A stretch of DNA of 64,000 bases from Chiloscyllium plagiosum. Taxonomy: Eukaryota. The notes beneath the pieces are model-generated. The model was not told where the DNA came from. It made no database searches and worked only from the letters and a program-made list of their open reading frames with translations. Below, in pieces: positions 12,320-25,352 of this stretch. The stretch is from contig NC_057752.1 in NCBI RefSeq assembly GCF_004010195.1, positions 1,942,878-2,006,877 on the forward strand, written 5' to 3'. Each line of letters begins with the position of its first letter. Positions within the stretch are counted from its first letter, which is position 1. The position numbers and the translations under genes are program-made.

Positions 12320-14980
12320 GATCATTTGCAAATATACCCATCTGCAGTGATGGGGGAGCCCAGCACATCAATACAAAAGATAAAGTTGATGCATTTACAA
12401 CAATGTTCAGCCAGAAGTGCCGAGTGGATGGTCCATCTTGGCCTCCTCCAGTGGTCCCCAGCATCTCTTCAGCCAATCTGATTCACTCCACATGATATCA
12501 AGAAACAGTTGGAGACACTGGATACTGCAAAGACTATGGGCCCTATCAACATTCCAGCAAGTGTATTGAAGACTTGTGCTCCAGAACCTGCTGCTCCCCT
12601 AGCCAAGCTCTTCCAGTACAGTTACAACACTGGCATCTACCCGACAATGTGGAAAATTGCCCAGGTATGTCCTGTACAGAAAAAGGACAAGCCCAACCTT
12701 GCCAATTACTTCTCGATCATCAGTAAAGTGATGGAAGGTGCCATCCACAGTGCTATCAAGCAGCACCTGCTCAGCAATAACCTGCTCAGTGACACCCAGT
12801 TTGGGTTCCACCAGGGTCACTCAGCTCCTGACCTCATTACAGCCCTGGCTCAAACATGGACAAAAGAGCTGACTTTCACAGGGGAGGGGAGATGACAGCC
12901 CTTGACATCAAGGCTGCATTCGACCAAGTGTGGCATCAAGGAGCCCGAGCAAAACTGGAATCAATAAGTATCAGGGAGCAAACTCTCCAGTGGTTGGAGT
13001 CATGCCTGAAACATCGGAAGACAGTCATGGTTGTTAAAGGTCAGTCATTTTAGCTCCAGGACATCTCTGCAGGAGTTCCTCTGGGTAGTGTCCTAGGCCC
13101 AACCATCTTCAGCCACTTCATCAATGACCTTCCCTCCATCGTAAGTTCAGAAGTGGGGATGTTCGCTGATGATTGCACAATGTTCAGCACCATTCACAAC
13201 TCCTCAGACACTGAAGCAGTCCATGTTCAAATGCAACAAGATCTGGACAATATCCAGGCTTGGGCTGACAGGTGGCAAGTAACACTCATGCCACATAAAT
13301 GCCAGTTAATGACTATCTCCAATGAAAGACAATCTAACCACCACCCCTTGACATTCAATGGTGTTAACATCATTGAATTCCCCACTAACAACATCCTGGG
13401 GGTTATCATTGACCTGAAACTCAACTGGATTTGCCAGTTGCGTAAATACAGTTGCGACAAGAGCTGGTCAGAGGCTAGGAATACTGCAGTGAGTAACTCA
13501 CCTCCTGACTCCCCAAAGCCTGTCCACCATCTACAAGAAACAAGTCAGGAGTGTGATGGAATACGCCCCATGTACCTGGACGAGTGCAACTCGAATAACA
13601 CTCAAGAAGCTTATCACTACCGAGGACAAAACAGCCCACTTAATTGGCACCACAACTACACATTTCCCCTCTCTCTACCACTGACACTCAGTAGCAGCAG
13701 TGTATACTATCTACAAGATGCATTGCAGAAATTCACCAAAGACCCTTAGACCACATTTCTCAAACCCATTACCACTATCATCTGGAAGGACAAGGGCAGC
13801 AGATACATGGGAACACCAGCACCTGTAAGTTCCCCTCCAAACCACTCACCATCCTGACTTATATAAGAACATAAGAACCAGGAACAGGAGTAGGCCATCT
13901 TCGAGCCCGCTCCACCATTCAATAAGATCATGGCAGATCTTTTCATGGCCTAAGCTCCACCTACCCACCCTCTCACCATAACCCTTAATTCCTTTACTGT
14001 TCAAAAAATTATTTATCTTAACTTTAAAAACATTTATTGAGGAAGCCTCAACTGTTTCACTGGGCAGGGAATTCCACAGATTCACAATCCTTTGGGTGAA
14101 GAAGTTCCTCCTTATTTCAGTCCTAAACCTGCTCCCCCTAATTTTGAGGCTATACCCTCTCATTCTAGTTCACCCACCAGTGGAAACATCCTCCCTGCTT
14201 CTATCTTATCTATTCCCTTCATAATTTTATATGTTTCTGTGAGATCCCCCCCTCATTCTTCTAAATTCCAATGAATATAATCCCAATCTACTCAGTGTCT
14301 CCTCATAAGCCAACCGCCTTAACTCCGTAATCAACCAAGTTCAGGTGTGGCTTCACCAGCACCTTGTACAGCTGCAACATAACCTCCCTGCTTTTAAACT
14401 CAATCCCTTTAGCAATGAAGGACAAAATTCCATTTGCCTTCTTAATTGCCTGTTACACCTGCAAACCAACCTTCTATAAATCATGCACAAGGACACCCAG
14501 GTCCCTCTGCACAGCAGCATGCTACAAGATTTACTATTCAAATAATAGTCCTTTTTACTGTTATTCCTACCAAAATGGATGACTTCACATTTATCAACAT
14601 TGTACTCCATCTGCCAGACCTTTGCCCACTCACTTAACTATTTATATCCTTCTGCAAAGTTTCACAGTTCTCTGCACACTTTGCTCTACCACTCATCTTA
14701 GTATCATCCACAAACTTTGACACACTACACGTGGTCCCCAATTCCAAATCATTCTATGTAAATTGTAAATAATTGCAGTCCCAACACTGATCCCTGAAAT
14801 ATATCACTGTTCCTTCAGTGTTACTGGGTCAAAATCCTGGAATTCCCTCCCTAACAGTATATGGACTGTAGCGGTTCATGAAGGCAGCTCACCACCACTT
14901 TCTCAAGAGGGCGATTAGGCACGGACAATAAATATCAGCCCAGCCAGTGACACCCATGCCCCACAAGTGAATTTAAAGAA
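12320..14980 (+). mobile_element. L2-group (Crack/Daphne-like) LINE 3' half, interrupted by a CR1 at 13861-14795
   Basis: RT motifs QFGF, ALDIKAAFD.VWH, GVP.GSVLGP, FADD and WQV. The 3' end resumes at 14796 (ATCCTGACTT | GAAATATATCACTG), matching the uninterrupted copy at 61462-61520. Confidence 0.8.
13861..14795 (-). mobile_element. CR1 LINE 3' fragment nested in the L2-group LINE
   Basis: (ATAAGAAC) tail. ORFs RNFFTQRIVNLWNSLP and MEYNVDKCEVIHFG. Confidence 0.9.
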
Positions 14981-15149
14981 TCTGTAACTCTGATTATCCT
15001 CATCTGCTTTGCTTGTATTCAAAGCTTGGATAAGAATGTTGTCCCATGTCTGGAATTATCATATCCTACTCTGTGCAATATGCAGTACATGTATAGGTGT
15101 CCATAGTCAGTTTCATTTCTTGGCTCAAGAAAGATCAAGAATTTCCTGT

Positions 15150-15305
15150 TCCGCTGAGATAGATAGGTTCTTGTGTATCAAGGGGATCAAGGGTTATGGG
15201 GAAAGAGCAGGAGAATGGGGACGAGAAACTTATCACCCATGATTGGACGATGGAGCAGACTCAATGGGCTGAATGGACTAATTTCTGCTCCTATGTCTTA
15301 TGATC
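15150..15305 (+). mobile_element. CR1 3' terminal fragment
   Basis: AEIDRFL..KGIKGYGERAG followed by the 3'UTR hairpin and TCTTATG tail. Confidence 0.75.
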
Positions 15306-15880
15306 TTATGGTCCTCCTGAATGTCTCCTCAGGCATTATGGCAATATAGGATCTGGTGGATCTATTTCTCTGATGACAATGGTTCTGACTTTCTGCCCTG
15401 GCTTTAAGGTCAACATAGTCACAAATTTGCTTGGACAGTATTGCTGAAAAAGATGGATTTTGGCAATGCTTTTCATCTTGCACTTAATAGGACAATTCAC
15501 AAGAATGCCAATGTAAAGGGAGAACAACATTTAGATTGTGTTTTCAGAAAGAAACACATTTTTGTGACATATGTCAGAAGCCATTAAAAATATTCTTGCA
15601 AAAATATTCATTCCCAGCAGCCTTCGTGCCTAAATGGCTGCTATCACTAAAAGGAATGACGATTCCCTGTAAGTAGCTTGTGTAAAACACTTTATCAGCA
15701 TAGACGTCTTGTCAAGTGAATATCTTTGCTGTTGAGCAGGCTGTCTATGAAAAGGCTCAAATGAAACTGTACTTGGTACACAAGACAACCGTTTTTGGAG
15801 GGTCAGTAGATTTTCAGTTTACACAATCTAAACATTATTGTGTTCCTTTAACAATATCCAAATTCTCTAATCAAAATATT

Positions 15881-16710
15881 ATAGAGTCATTGAGTCATAG
15901 AGATGTACAAGATGGAAACAGACCCTTCGGTCCAACCTGTCCATGCCAACCAAATATCCCAACCCAATCTAGTCCCACCTGCCAGCACCCGGCCCATATC
16001 CCTCCAAACCCTTCCTATTCATATACCCATCCAAATGCCTCTTAAATGTTGCAATTGTACCAGCCTCCACCACTTCCTCTGGCAGCTCATTCCATACACG
16101 TACCACCCTCTGTGTGAAAAAGTTGCCCCTTGGGTCTCTTTTATATCTTTCCCCTCTCACCCTAAACCTATGCCCTCTAGTTCTGGATTCTCCGACCCCA
16201 AGGAAAAGACTTTGTCTATTTATCCTATCCATGTCCCTCATAATTTTGTAAACCTCTATAAGGTCACCCCTCAGCCTCCGATGCTCCAGGGAAAACAGCC
16301 CCAGCCTGTTCAGTCTCTCCCTATAGCTCAAATCCTCCAACCCTGGCAACATCCTTGTAAATCTTTTCTGAACCCTTTCAAGTTTCACAACAGCTTTCTG
16401 ATAGGAAGGAGACCAGAATTGCACGCGATATTCAAACAGTGGCCTAACCAATGTCCTGTACAGCCACAACATGACCTCCCAACTCCTGTATTCAATACTC
16501 TGAGCAATAAAGGAGAGCATCCAAAATGCCTTCTATGCTATCCTATCTACCTGCGACTCCACTTTCAAGGAGCTATGAACCTGCACTCCAAAGTCTCTTT
16601 GTTCAGCAACACTCCCTAGGACCTTACCATTAAGTGTATAGGTCCTGCTCAGATTTGCTTTCCCAAAATGCAGCACCTCACATTTATCTGAATTAAACTC
16701 CATCTGCCAC
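15881..16710 (-). mobile_element. CR1 LINE 3' fragment, same subfamily as CR1 'B', well preserved
   Basis: ORF 15969-16520 is an intact RT C-terminus. Sequence is near-identical to 3100-3920. Confidence 0.93.
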
Positions 16711-18190
16711 TTGACAGAAGTTGAAAGGTGAAAAAGGCTTAATATCTAAAATTATATTAGTTATTTGCCCATCAACCTTTTCAAAGGCTAAGAATCCTAC
16801 TGAGGGATTCAGGAGTAAGGGATGAAGAGTACAGTAAACTTAAAGAAGAGATCAGTGATAAATTAAATGTATAAAAAAAGGACAATATCACACTCCATAG
16901 TGAGTCTCCCACTAGCAGGAGACTTTAAAACAAAGTTGTAGCAATGGACTTGAAGGTATGTAATAAGGGAAAAAATATCATTCATCAAGGCTGAGGCCAT
17001 CATAAACATATTTTAATCCAAGGGCCATAGTATATTGCAACACATAGGGAAGATAGCATGGAAAAGTCCAGGTAAGGTGAGAAAAGCTTACCCATAGAAT
17101 GTTTTAAAGGTACTCAGCAGCAGTCAGATCTCAAGCACTTGTCTGGTACTTATGTTTTAATGGAGTTGGAAAGCCAGGATTAGCATCAAGATTAGGGAAG
17201 AGGAACAATTTCAGAAATAAGAGCTTTGCGATGATAGATCTGTCACAAAAACCGTCCAACTGAGCCTTTTCGGGCTGAGAGAACTGATATGGTGGTATCT
17301 ATGAAGCCATAAAAATACAACATAGATTTGTAATTTCTTATTTGAAGAGCACTATACCAAACTTTTTTCCCCCAAAAATGTGTTTCTGGAGAGAGATATA
17401 TTCAATTCAAGTTGTCCCACCTCATTGAAAAATATTGTTAATGTAAAAGTGCTCATTGACTTGTTCATCTTTGCTTTCAGTCTCATACGCAGTGTTTTTA
17501 ACATGCATCTCTGACCTTGTGACTCTGCTGCACCATCTGTGATAGGGGTCTTCAACCAAAACTACAGCAAGTGAAAGCCCAATGAAAACATCTTTGCAGC
17601 TGGACAGGAACAATGGTCCATATACTGAGTCCTGTACACCAGCTTCCAAGTTTCAGTTAAGATTTAGAGGGCACAATCAGCGCTTTGCTAAAATTTGTTC
17701 AAAACGCTATTAGTAGACTACCTGGGAAATACTTAAAACTCAGATTAACACTGCATTGCGATTAGTTGACAGCTGAACATGTACCAGCTTACCAAGACAT
17801 ACATGGTCCAGCTTTGGGAGTCAGTGCAGAGGAAAGCAACGAAGCTGATCCCTCGTGCTGGAAGGATGAGGTGTAGCTCAGAAAATCGTTGACTCAGAGG
17901 GAACTTTATAAAGGAACCTAAGATACTGAGGATAGAGAAAGGAAAGCCAGAATATTTGTTTCAGATAAGCCACCGGTATAAAAGAGGGTAAAGATTCATG
18001 TTTGTAAATGGCAAGTTTAGAACAGGTGCCAGGGAAACATTTCTTTGCACTGAAATAGCTAGAAGATTTCCAAAAGACTAGTTAAGACCAGGGCACTAAA
18101 CTCATTTGGGAAACAGCTAGAGATTATACGGTTAGTATTATGGAATGAGATCAAATGGATTTCCTTCATTTCTTATTATTTTTGATGTCA

Positions 18191-19722
18191 GAACAAAGGA
18201 ACAGCAGTGGGCCATTCAGCCCATCGAATTTGCCTTGCCATTCAATGTAATCATGGCTGATCAAACACTTCAATGCATTTCACTCAACCTATCCCGAAAT
18301 CCTTTATGCCACTAGTAATCAGAAATCCATCAATCTCTACTTTAAACATACTCAAAGACTGATCTTCACAACCCTCTTGTGTAGAGAATTCCAAAGATTC
18401 ACAACCCTCTGAGTAAAATAATTTCTCCTCACCTTGGACTTATGTGGCATCCCCCTTTTGTTTAAATTGTGCCCCAACCAGGGGAAACATTTTACCCGAA
18501 GCTACCCTGTCTATTCCTTTCGGTATTTTGTAAGTTTCAATTAGATCATGACTCATTCTTTGAAATTCTAGAGAATATTGCCCAATCTCTCTTTGTAAAG
18601 ATAGTCCCGCCATCTCAGGAACAAGTCTGGCGAACTTCGGTTGCACTCCCTCTATGACAGTATTTTTCCTGGGATAAAGGCAACCAAAACTGCACACAGT
18701 TCTCCAGATGCAGTCTAACCAAGCTCTGCACAATTGAAGCAAGACTTCACTACTCTTGGAATAAAGGCTAACATTTCATTAGCCTTCTGAATAGCTTGCT
18801 TTACCTGTATGTTAGCTTTCAGTGACTTATTAGCAAGGACACCTAAGTCCATTTCTACATCTACATTTTCCAACCTCTCACGATTTAAGAAATACTCTGG
18901 AAATCTATTTTCCTACCAAAGTGGATAACCTCACAATTTTCCAAATTATATTCCATGTGCTATGTTCTAGCCTATTCACTAAGTCTGTCTAAATATTCTG
19001 AAGACAGATTATATCAACCTCACCACACACATTCTCATTCAGCTTTGTATAATCTGCAAATTTGGAAATATTATGTTGGTCCCCACCTCCAAATCATTGA
19101 TATATATAACGTGAATAGTTGGGGCCCAAGTACTGATCCTTGCAGTACCCCATTAGTCACAAACTATCCATGTTAGACTGACCCATTTATTCCGACACTC
19201 TACTTTTTGTCTGTTGGCCAATCATTAATCCATGCCTGTACATTAGTTTTTATCCTGTGTGCTTTAATTATTCTAATCAGCCTCCTGTGGGGGATTTTAT
19301 CAAAAGCCTACCGAAAATCTAAATACACGACATACATTGTCTCTCCTTTAACATTTTTGCTCATAACATCTTCAAAGAACTCCAGCATGTTAATCAAATA
19401 CGATGTCCCTTTTGCAAATCCAGGCTGACTATGCCCAATATATCATTACAAACCAGCTGTCTATTTATGCCATTCTTTATTAAAAGGTTCTAGCATTCTC
19501 CCCACTACCGATGTAAGGCTAACACATACATAGTTCTTTGTTTTCTCTATCACTTCCTTCTTAAATAGTGGGGTGACATTTGCTACCTTCCAATCCCCAG
19601 AAATCATTTCAGAATCTTTAGAATTTTGAAAGATAATCACCAATACATTTGACTATCTTTATAGTCACCTCCTTCAACACTCTGGGATGAGGACCATAAG
19701 GTTATGGGGATTTATCAACTTT
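18191..19722 (-). mobile_element. CR1 LINE RT fragment, degraded
   Basis: DWKVANVTPLFKK, VSLTSVVG and GVLQGSVLGP remnants, with a 3' tail at ~18191. Confidence 0.85.
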
Positions 19723-20726
19723 CTCCAGTTCAACATTCTTATGAATTCTAATTTCCTTCAACTTCTCATTCTCCCTGCTTTTCATCTATTGTCCTTGTCA
19801 CGCTTTCACAGCTCTTGCCAATCTGACTCCTGAGTTACACCATTGGTTTAGCGTTGATATACTTCCAAAACTGCTTCAAGTTGAAGAAAAAGCAATCACA
19901 TAGCTGGTCAATGAGTAATATTGGAAGGCTCAGCTCCCTGTGATCACAAAGAGTGGCTCAATCCCCAGCTGGTGATAATAACTTGAAATGTTAGGACATT
20001 CTGTGTAAAATTTATTTTGGGAAGGGGGTAAAAATTTGAAATTGTGCAGTATGATAGCAGTAATGAATATATTAATGTATTCATGTGAAATTCCTCTCTA
20101 GATTATTTTAATGAAGATGAGTTAATGCCTTAAAATTGTGGACAAAGGACTGCATGAATGCATTAATTACCAAAATCTTGGCATTTCAGGCACTTAGTAA
20201 TTTTAAAACAGCAGTCAAGGTTTCAGCAATAAGTTCGCTGTTTGTCAGCAGATGTTTGATCTAATTGTTACAGTTCCTGCACATTAGATTACAAGGTGCA
20301 GTATGCACTAATCAGGGTTGAAAATTAAAGCAGTTTCTCAGCTCTGTGCTTTCTGATTACATGAGCAGCATTTCTTGTACAAAAGGGATTGAAGTATTGA
20401 CAATACATCAACTGCCTCATTATGATGAGTACATAAACACAGACTGCCATATCATGCAAGAGTTTCCAATTCTGATGTTAGTCTCTCAAAAAATCCTGAC
20501 TATCAGGCCATTATCTAAAGACTGATTGTGGGATCTTGCCATGTGCAAATTTAGTACAGTATAGGACCAAACTCTGTTTAACCAGCATTTAACCTTGAGT
20601 ATTGAACACCGTGAAAGAGGAAAGGGGCAAGGATTAGACAGAAGTACAGGATTTACAGCACAGAAGGAGGCCATTCAGCCCAGTGTGACCATGCTAACCT
20701 GATGGATTAGGACATGTCAAATTACT

Positions 20727-20817
20727 AAGCAAAAGTGAGGACTGCAGATGCTGGAAACCAGAGTTTAGATCAGAGTGGTGCTGGAAAAGCACAGCAGGTC
20801 AGGCAGCATCCGAGGAG
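20727..20817 (-). mobile_element. 91-bp Penelope terminal fragment flanked by a 14-bp direct repeat
   Basis: CATGTCAAATTACT at 20713-20726 and 20818-20831. The insert matches the reverse complement of 26905-26990. Confidence 0.85.
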
Positions 20818-21092
20818 CATGTCAAATTACTGTCAGCTCATGGTGACAGCAGAAGTGAGTGAAAGAGTCAACAACAACTTGCATTTATATAGTGTTAAAG
20901 TATCTCAAGGTATTTCACAGGAGTGATAATCACACAGAATTTGACACAGCATGAGATATCAGGAAATATGACAAAAAGCAGGGCAAACAAGTAAGCTTTA
21001 AGAGAAGAAAAGAAAGGTGGAAGAGTTTCCAGAGAGAAATCCAGAGCAGAGAATGAGGTGAATGAGGGTGCAGGTGCAATATTTGGATGACT

Positions 21093-21897
21093 TACCTGGG
21101 TTCTTGGATTCAGGTGACCCCACCACAGCATACACTCTCTCACACACACAAGCACACACACACTCACACAGACTCTCTCTGATACATACACACATACTCA
21201 CACTCATGCGCAGACCCTCTCACAGGCATATACTCTGTCTCCCTTGTGCACACACTCTATCAAGCGTGCACACACATACACACACTCTCCCTCTGTCCCA
21301 CACACACACTCTCTCTCCAGACTTTCCCCCTGCATCCCCATCCCACACACACTCTCTCTCTGTCACACGCATACGCACAAACACAGACATGTGTACCGGG
21401 TGAATTTACATTTGCAGATTTGTATTTGCAGATACATTCTATTTTGTTCAAAAAGCACACAATCTGTAAAGAGTCAGTCAATGTAACATTTTATAAATTC
21501 CTACTTTGGAAGTAGAACCAATCTGACTCAAGGTTGGGATACAGACAGACTCTAACCTCACACCTTTAATGTATTGTCTGCTCTGAGATGTTACCTTTTT
21601 TTCTCTATATGCTGATAAAACCTTAAGTTATCTCAGGACTGTGACTTGAAAGAGGTTCTGGGATTTACATATTAATCAATCAGAACCTGCATCCCCATTC
21701 TAAGTGATTAAAGACTTAACAGCAATTTAAATTTGTTCAATACATTGCATCAGTTGTATGACACTTTGATCTTTTTCTATAAATTCTGTGTCCTATGATC
21801 CTGCCCCACTAGCTTCCTGATGAAGAAGCAGCGCTCCAAAAGCTTGTACTTTCAAGTAAACCTGTTGGACTATAACCTGGTGTTGTGTAATTTTTAA
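21093..21897 (+). mobile_element. Penelope-type 3' terminal region with (CA)/(CT)-rich tract and hammerhead remnant
   Basis: Ends CTGATGAAGAAGCAGCGCTCCAAAAGCTTG...TAAACCTGTTGGACTATAACCTGGTGTTGTG. CA/CT microsatellite-like tract at 21130-21390. Confidence 0.7.
21808..21848 (+). ncRNA. Degenerate minimal hammerhead ribozyme motif
   Basis: CTGATGA (21817-21823), imperfect stem II GAAGC-AGC-GCTCC, and the GAAA box mutated to AAAA. Confidence 0.6.
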
Positions 21898-21984
21898 AAT
21901 TAAGAATGCACAGGATACCCACTGTTGAAGGAGCACAGATATTTCAGGGGTTTAAGATGAGGTGACAGCGTTGAGGAAGGATGT

Positions 21985-22100
21985 TTTTGATTTGATTTGA
22001 TTTGATTTAATATTGTCACATGTCCCTAGGTACAGTAAAAAGTTTTGTTTTGTATGCAGTACAGACAGATCATACCATGCAAAATGCATTAGGGTAATAG
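21985..22100 (-). mobile_element. Short LINE 3' tail ending in (ATCAA)n, possibly Rex/Babar-type
   Basis: (TTTGA)4 followed by ATTGTCACATGT...TACAGTAAAAAGT on the plus strand. Confidence 0.45.
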
Positions 22101-22114
22101 CACAGAACGAAGAA

Positions 22115-22470
22115 TGTAGGAGCTGGAGGAGGTGATAAAGAGAGGCTGGAGGGGGTGGCAGAGATAGGGAGGGATATATGGACTGGAGGGGGTTACATAG
22201 ATAGGGAAGGGTGTAGAGGCTGGAGGAGGTGACAAAGATAGGGAGACGTGTAGGGTCTGGAGGAGGTGACACAGAGATAGGGAGGGGTGAAGGGGGTTGG
22301 AGAAGGTGTTGGAGATAGGGAGGGATGCAGGCCTGTTGGAGGCTACAGAGGTATGGAGGGGTGTAGGGGGCTGGAGGAGGTTACAGAGATAGGGAGGGGT
22401 GTAGGGTCTGGAGGGGGTTAAAGAGATAGGGATGGGGTCTAGGCTGTAAGAGGTTAAGAAAGAGTTAGGG
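22115..22470. repeat. Degenerate G-rich ~35-39-bp tandem repeat (~9 copies)
   Basis: Unit approx. TGTAGGGTCTGGAGGAGGTTACAGAGATAGGGAGGGG. Confidence 0.85.
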
Positions 22471-22760
22471 GTATTTGAAAGCAAGGATGAGCATTTAAAA
22501 AGTGAGACATTGCTTGACTGGGATCTAATGTAGCTCACTGAGGATAGTGATGATGAGTGAATATCTCTTGGTATGAGTTAGAACACAGGCAACAGAGCTT
22601 TGGGGAAACAGTGTGTCATGACAATACCACTGGACTAGTTATCAAAAGGGTCCTATACTTGTACTCTGTGGAGAGGAGTTCAAATCCAGCTGGCAATAAA
22701 TCTGGAATATTATCTCAGGAATGGTGCCATAAATAACCATGGATTTTAGTAGAAAGCCAT

Positions 22761-22996
22761 TGAAATTACTCTTCAGAAGCCAGCATCCCATCACGCATCA
22801 CCCTTTATTTACAAATGCATAACCTTTGACAATAGCACTGCCTCTCACTGAGTCGGGCATTCAGTAACCCAATGTCCCTGACATTCACCATGTTCCTGTC
22901 AGTGCCAGGGCTTCCTGATTGGATCAGGTTAACAGCCCCATCAGGGAACTCATATTCTATGAGGTCCACCTGGCTGACCTTATTACAATCACTACA
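22761..22996 (-). mobile_element. Solo LTR of the Gypsy family at 44-52 kb, inside a SINE-like repeat (~22610-23180)
   Basis: TGAAATTACTC...CAATCACTACA termini. Internal similarity to 49964-50185 (CACCCTTTA, GCCAGGGCT, CAGGTTAACA). Confidence 0.8.
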
Positions 22997-23677
22997 TGCA
23001 AAGGAAACTGCCATCCTTACCCAATCTGGTCTACATTGACTCGAGACCCACAGCAATGTGGTTGACCCTTATCTGCTCTCTGAAATGACATGAGTAAGCC
23101 ACTCAGTTTGAGAGTACAGGTAATCAGGGAAAGATGCTGGCCTTTCAGCGATGCCTACAGCCTAGGAAGAAATAAAGAAAAAAACAGTTTATGTAGACAA
23201 CAAACTATTCAAGAGATTATTGGAATAATCAAGTCTTGAGATAACAAGTGTACAATCTTAGAGAAACGGAAAGTTAAGTCAGGAATGATGCTTACAAACT
23301 TGGTTTAATGCTGGAAAGCTCAGATATTTGTAAAATATATTAATAACTTAGATGAGGGTCAAAGTATAACATATCCATGTTTGCTAATAATACAAAACTA
23401 AATAGGCAAGTCATTTGTGAGATGGGTGCAAAGAGGCAGCAAGCATGTGACTGATGGAAAATAATGTGCCGAAATGTGAAGGTATCCATTTTGGCAGGCA
23501 AAACAGAAAAGCAGCATATTTTTTAAAATAATAAGAGGCTGAGGCATGTTGGTATTCAGAGGGACCTGGATGTACCTGCACGTTAATCACAGAAAGTTAA
23601 CATGCAGCTACAGTAAGCAATTCAGAAGGCAAATGTTATGGGGTTGGTTTTATTACAAATGTTATGTTAGTTTTCAG

Positions 23678-24594
23678 GGTCATAGAGTGATACAACAAGA
23701 AAACAGATCCTTCGGTCGAACTCGTCCATGCTGACCAGGTTTCCAAAACTGAACTAGTCCCATTTGCCTGCATTTGGCCTATAATCTTCTAAAACTTTCC
23801 CATTAATGTACCTGTCCAAAAGTCTTTTAAATGCCGTAACTGTACCAGCCTCTACCACTTTCTCTGGCTGCTCATTCCATATATGCACCACCCCCTGAGT
23901 GAAAAAGTTGTCCCCCAGGTCCTTTTTAAATCTTTCCCCTCTCACCTTTAACCTATGCCTCCTAGTTTTGGACTCCTCTACCCTTAGCTATGCCTCCTTC
24001 ATGATTTTATAAACCTCTAAATTGTCACCCCTCAGACTCCGGCGCTCCAGAGAAAAACGTACCAGCCTATCCAGCTTCTCCTTATAACTCTAGTTCTGGT
24101 AACATCCTGGTAATTTTTTCTTTACCCTTTCTAATTTAACAACATCATTCCTACAGAAGGACGACCAGAATTGTATGTAGTATTCTAAAAGTGGCCTCAT
24201 TAACGTCCTGTACAACCGCAACATGACACCCCAACTCTTGCGCTCAAGCGTGCCAAACCCCTCTTCACCAGCCTGTCTACCTGTGACGCCACTTTTAAGG
24301 ACTATGAACCTGCACCCCTCAGTCCTCTGTTCAACAACATTCCCCAGGACCCTACGATGAACTGTGTAAGTCGTCCCCTGATTTGCCATACCAAAATGCA
24401 ACACCTCACATTTATCTAAATTAAACTCCATCTGACACTTCTCGGGCCATAGGCCCATCTGATTAAGATCTTGCTGCACTCTTAGGTAACATTCATCATA
24501 GTCCACGATAACACCAATTTTGGTGTTAGCTGCAAACTTATTAACCATACCTCCTATATTCTCATCCAAATCATTGATATAAATAGTGGATCCA
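23678..24594 (-). mobile_element. CR1 LINE 3' fragment
   Basis: ORFs 23754-23945 and 24090-24569 (QMEFNLDKCEVLHFG, LEYYIQFWS). Confidence 0.9.
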
Positions 24595-24864
24595 AAAATA
24601 GTGGAGTATAAGAGTAAGGAACTCTTACTACAAGTATACAGGACCTTGACAAGGCTTTTGCTTCATTAACTACAGAAGGATATCTTTGACTTTGAGGGAG
24701 TGCAACAAAGTTCATGACAGGGATGCCTGGCATCAGGCAATTGTCCTTTGAGGAGAGATTGACGAGACTTGGCATATATTCTCTGAAGATTAGAGTATGA
24801 GAGATGATCTCTTTGAAATGTAAAACATTCTAGAAGGGCTTGGCAGGATAGATTTTGGGATAAC

Positions 24865-25352
24865 AAAGGTACTGTAGTTAGCACTGCTGCTTCACAGCAC
24901 CAGGGACCCAGGTTCAATCCCAGCCTCAGGAGACTATCTGTGTGGAGCTTGAGCATGTCTGCGTGGGTTTCCGTCGGGTGCTCCAGTTCCCCCCCGCAGT
25001 CCAAAGATGTACAGGTTAGGTTGGATTGGCCATGCTAAATTGCCTTTAGTGTCCAGGGATATGCAGATTCTGTGCACTGGCCATACTAGATTACCCACAA
25101 TGTCCAGGGATGAGCAGGTTAGGGTGGATTAGCCATGCTAAATTGTCCCGTAGTGTCCAGGGATGTGCAAGTTATGTGGTTTGGCCATGCTAAATTGTCT
25201 GTAGTGTCCAAGGATGTATAGATTAGGTGGATTGATCAAGGTGAATGAGGGGCTATGGGAATAGGGTCGGGTTCTGGGTGGGATGCTATTCTGATGGTTG
25301 GTGCAAACTCGATAGGCCAAATGGCCTCTTTCTGTATTGTCGGGATTCTATG
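24865..25352 (+). mobile_element. HE1-type V-SINE with an internal ~51-bp tandem amplification
   Basis: A/B-box-like head (GGTTCAATCCC), V-domain, four copies of GGCCATGCTAAATTG..GTAGTGTCCAGGGAT.., and a CR1-like tail. Confidence 0.85.

Larger units (their letters stand above)
20870..22605 (-). mobile_element. L2-type LINE 3' end in pieces (20870-21090, ~21900-21980, ~22115-22605), interrupted by younger elements
   Basis: AACAACTTGCATTTATATAG terminus, which resembles the tail of the SINE at 52566, followed by purine-rich L2-like 3' sequence. Confidence 0.55.

Noticed and set aside
15310..15880. Unique-looking sequence with short ORFs
   Set aside because: No motif, splice structure or repeat identity that I can support.
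15903..16619. 238-aa plus-strand ORF
   Set aside because: Antisense shadow of the CR1 RT fragment.
17352..17649. Possible exon
   Set aside because: Minus-strand GVQDSVYGPLF looks like a decayed LINE RT motif (GVPQGSVLGPLLF).
20895..21515. His/Thr- and Val/Cys-rich ORFs
   Set aside because: Translations of (CA)n/(CT)n low-complexity sequence.
24865..24925. tRNA gene
   Set aside because: The A/B-box-like sequence is a SINE head continuing into the V-domain, with no full cloverleaf.
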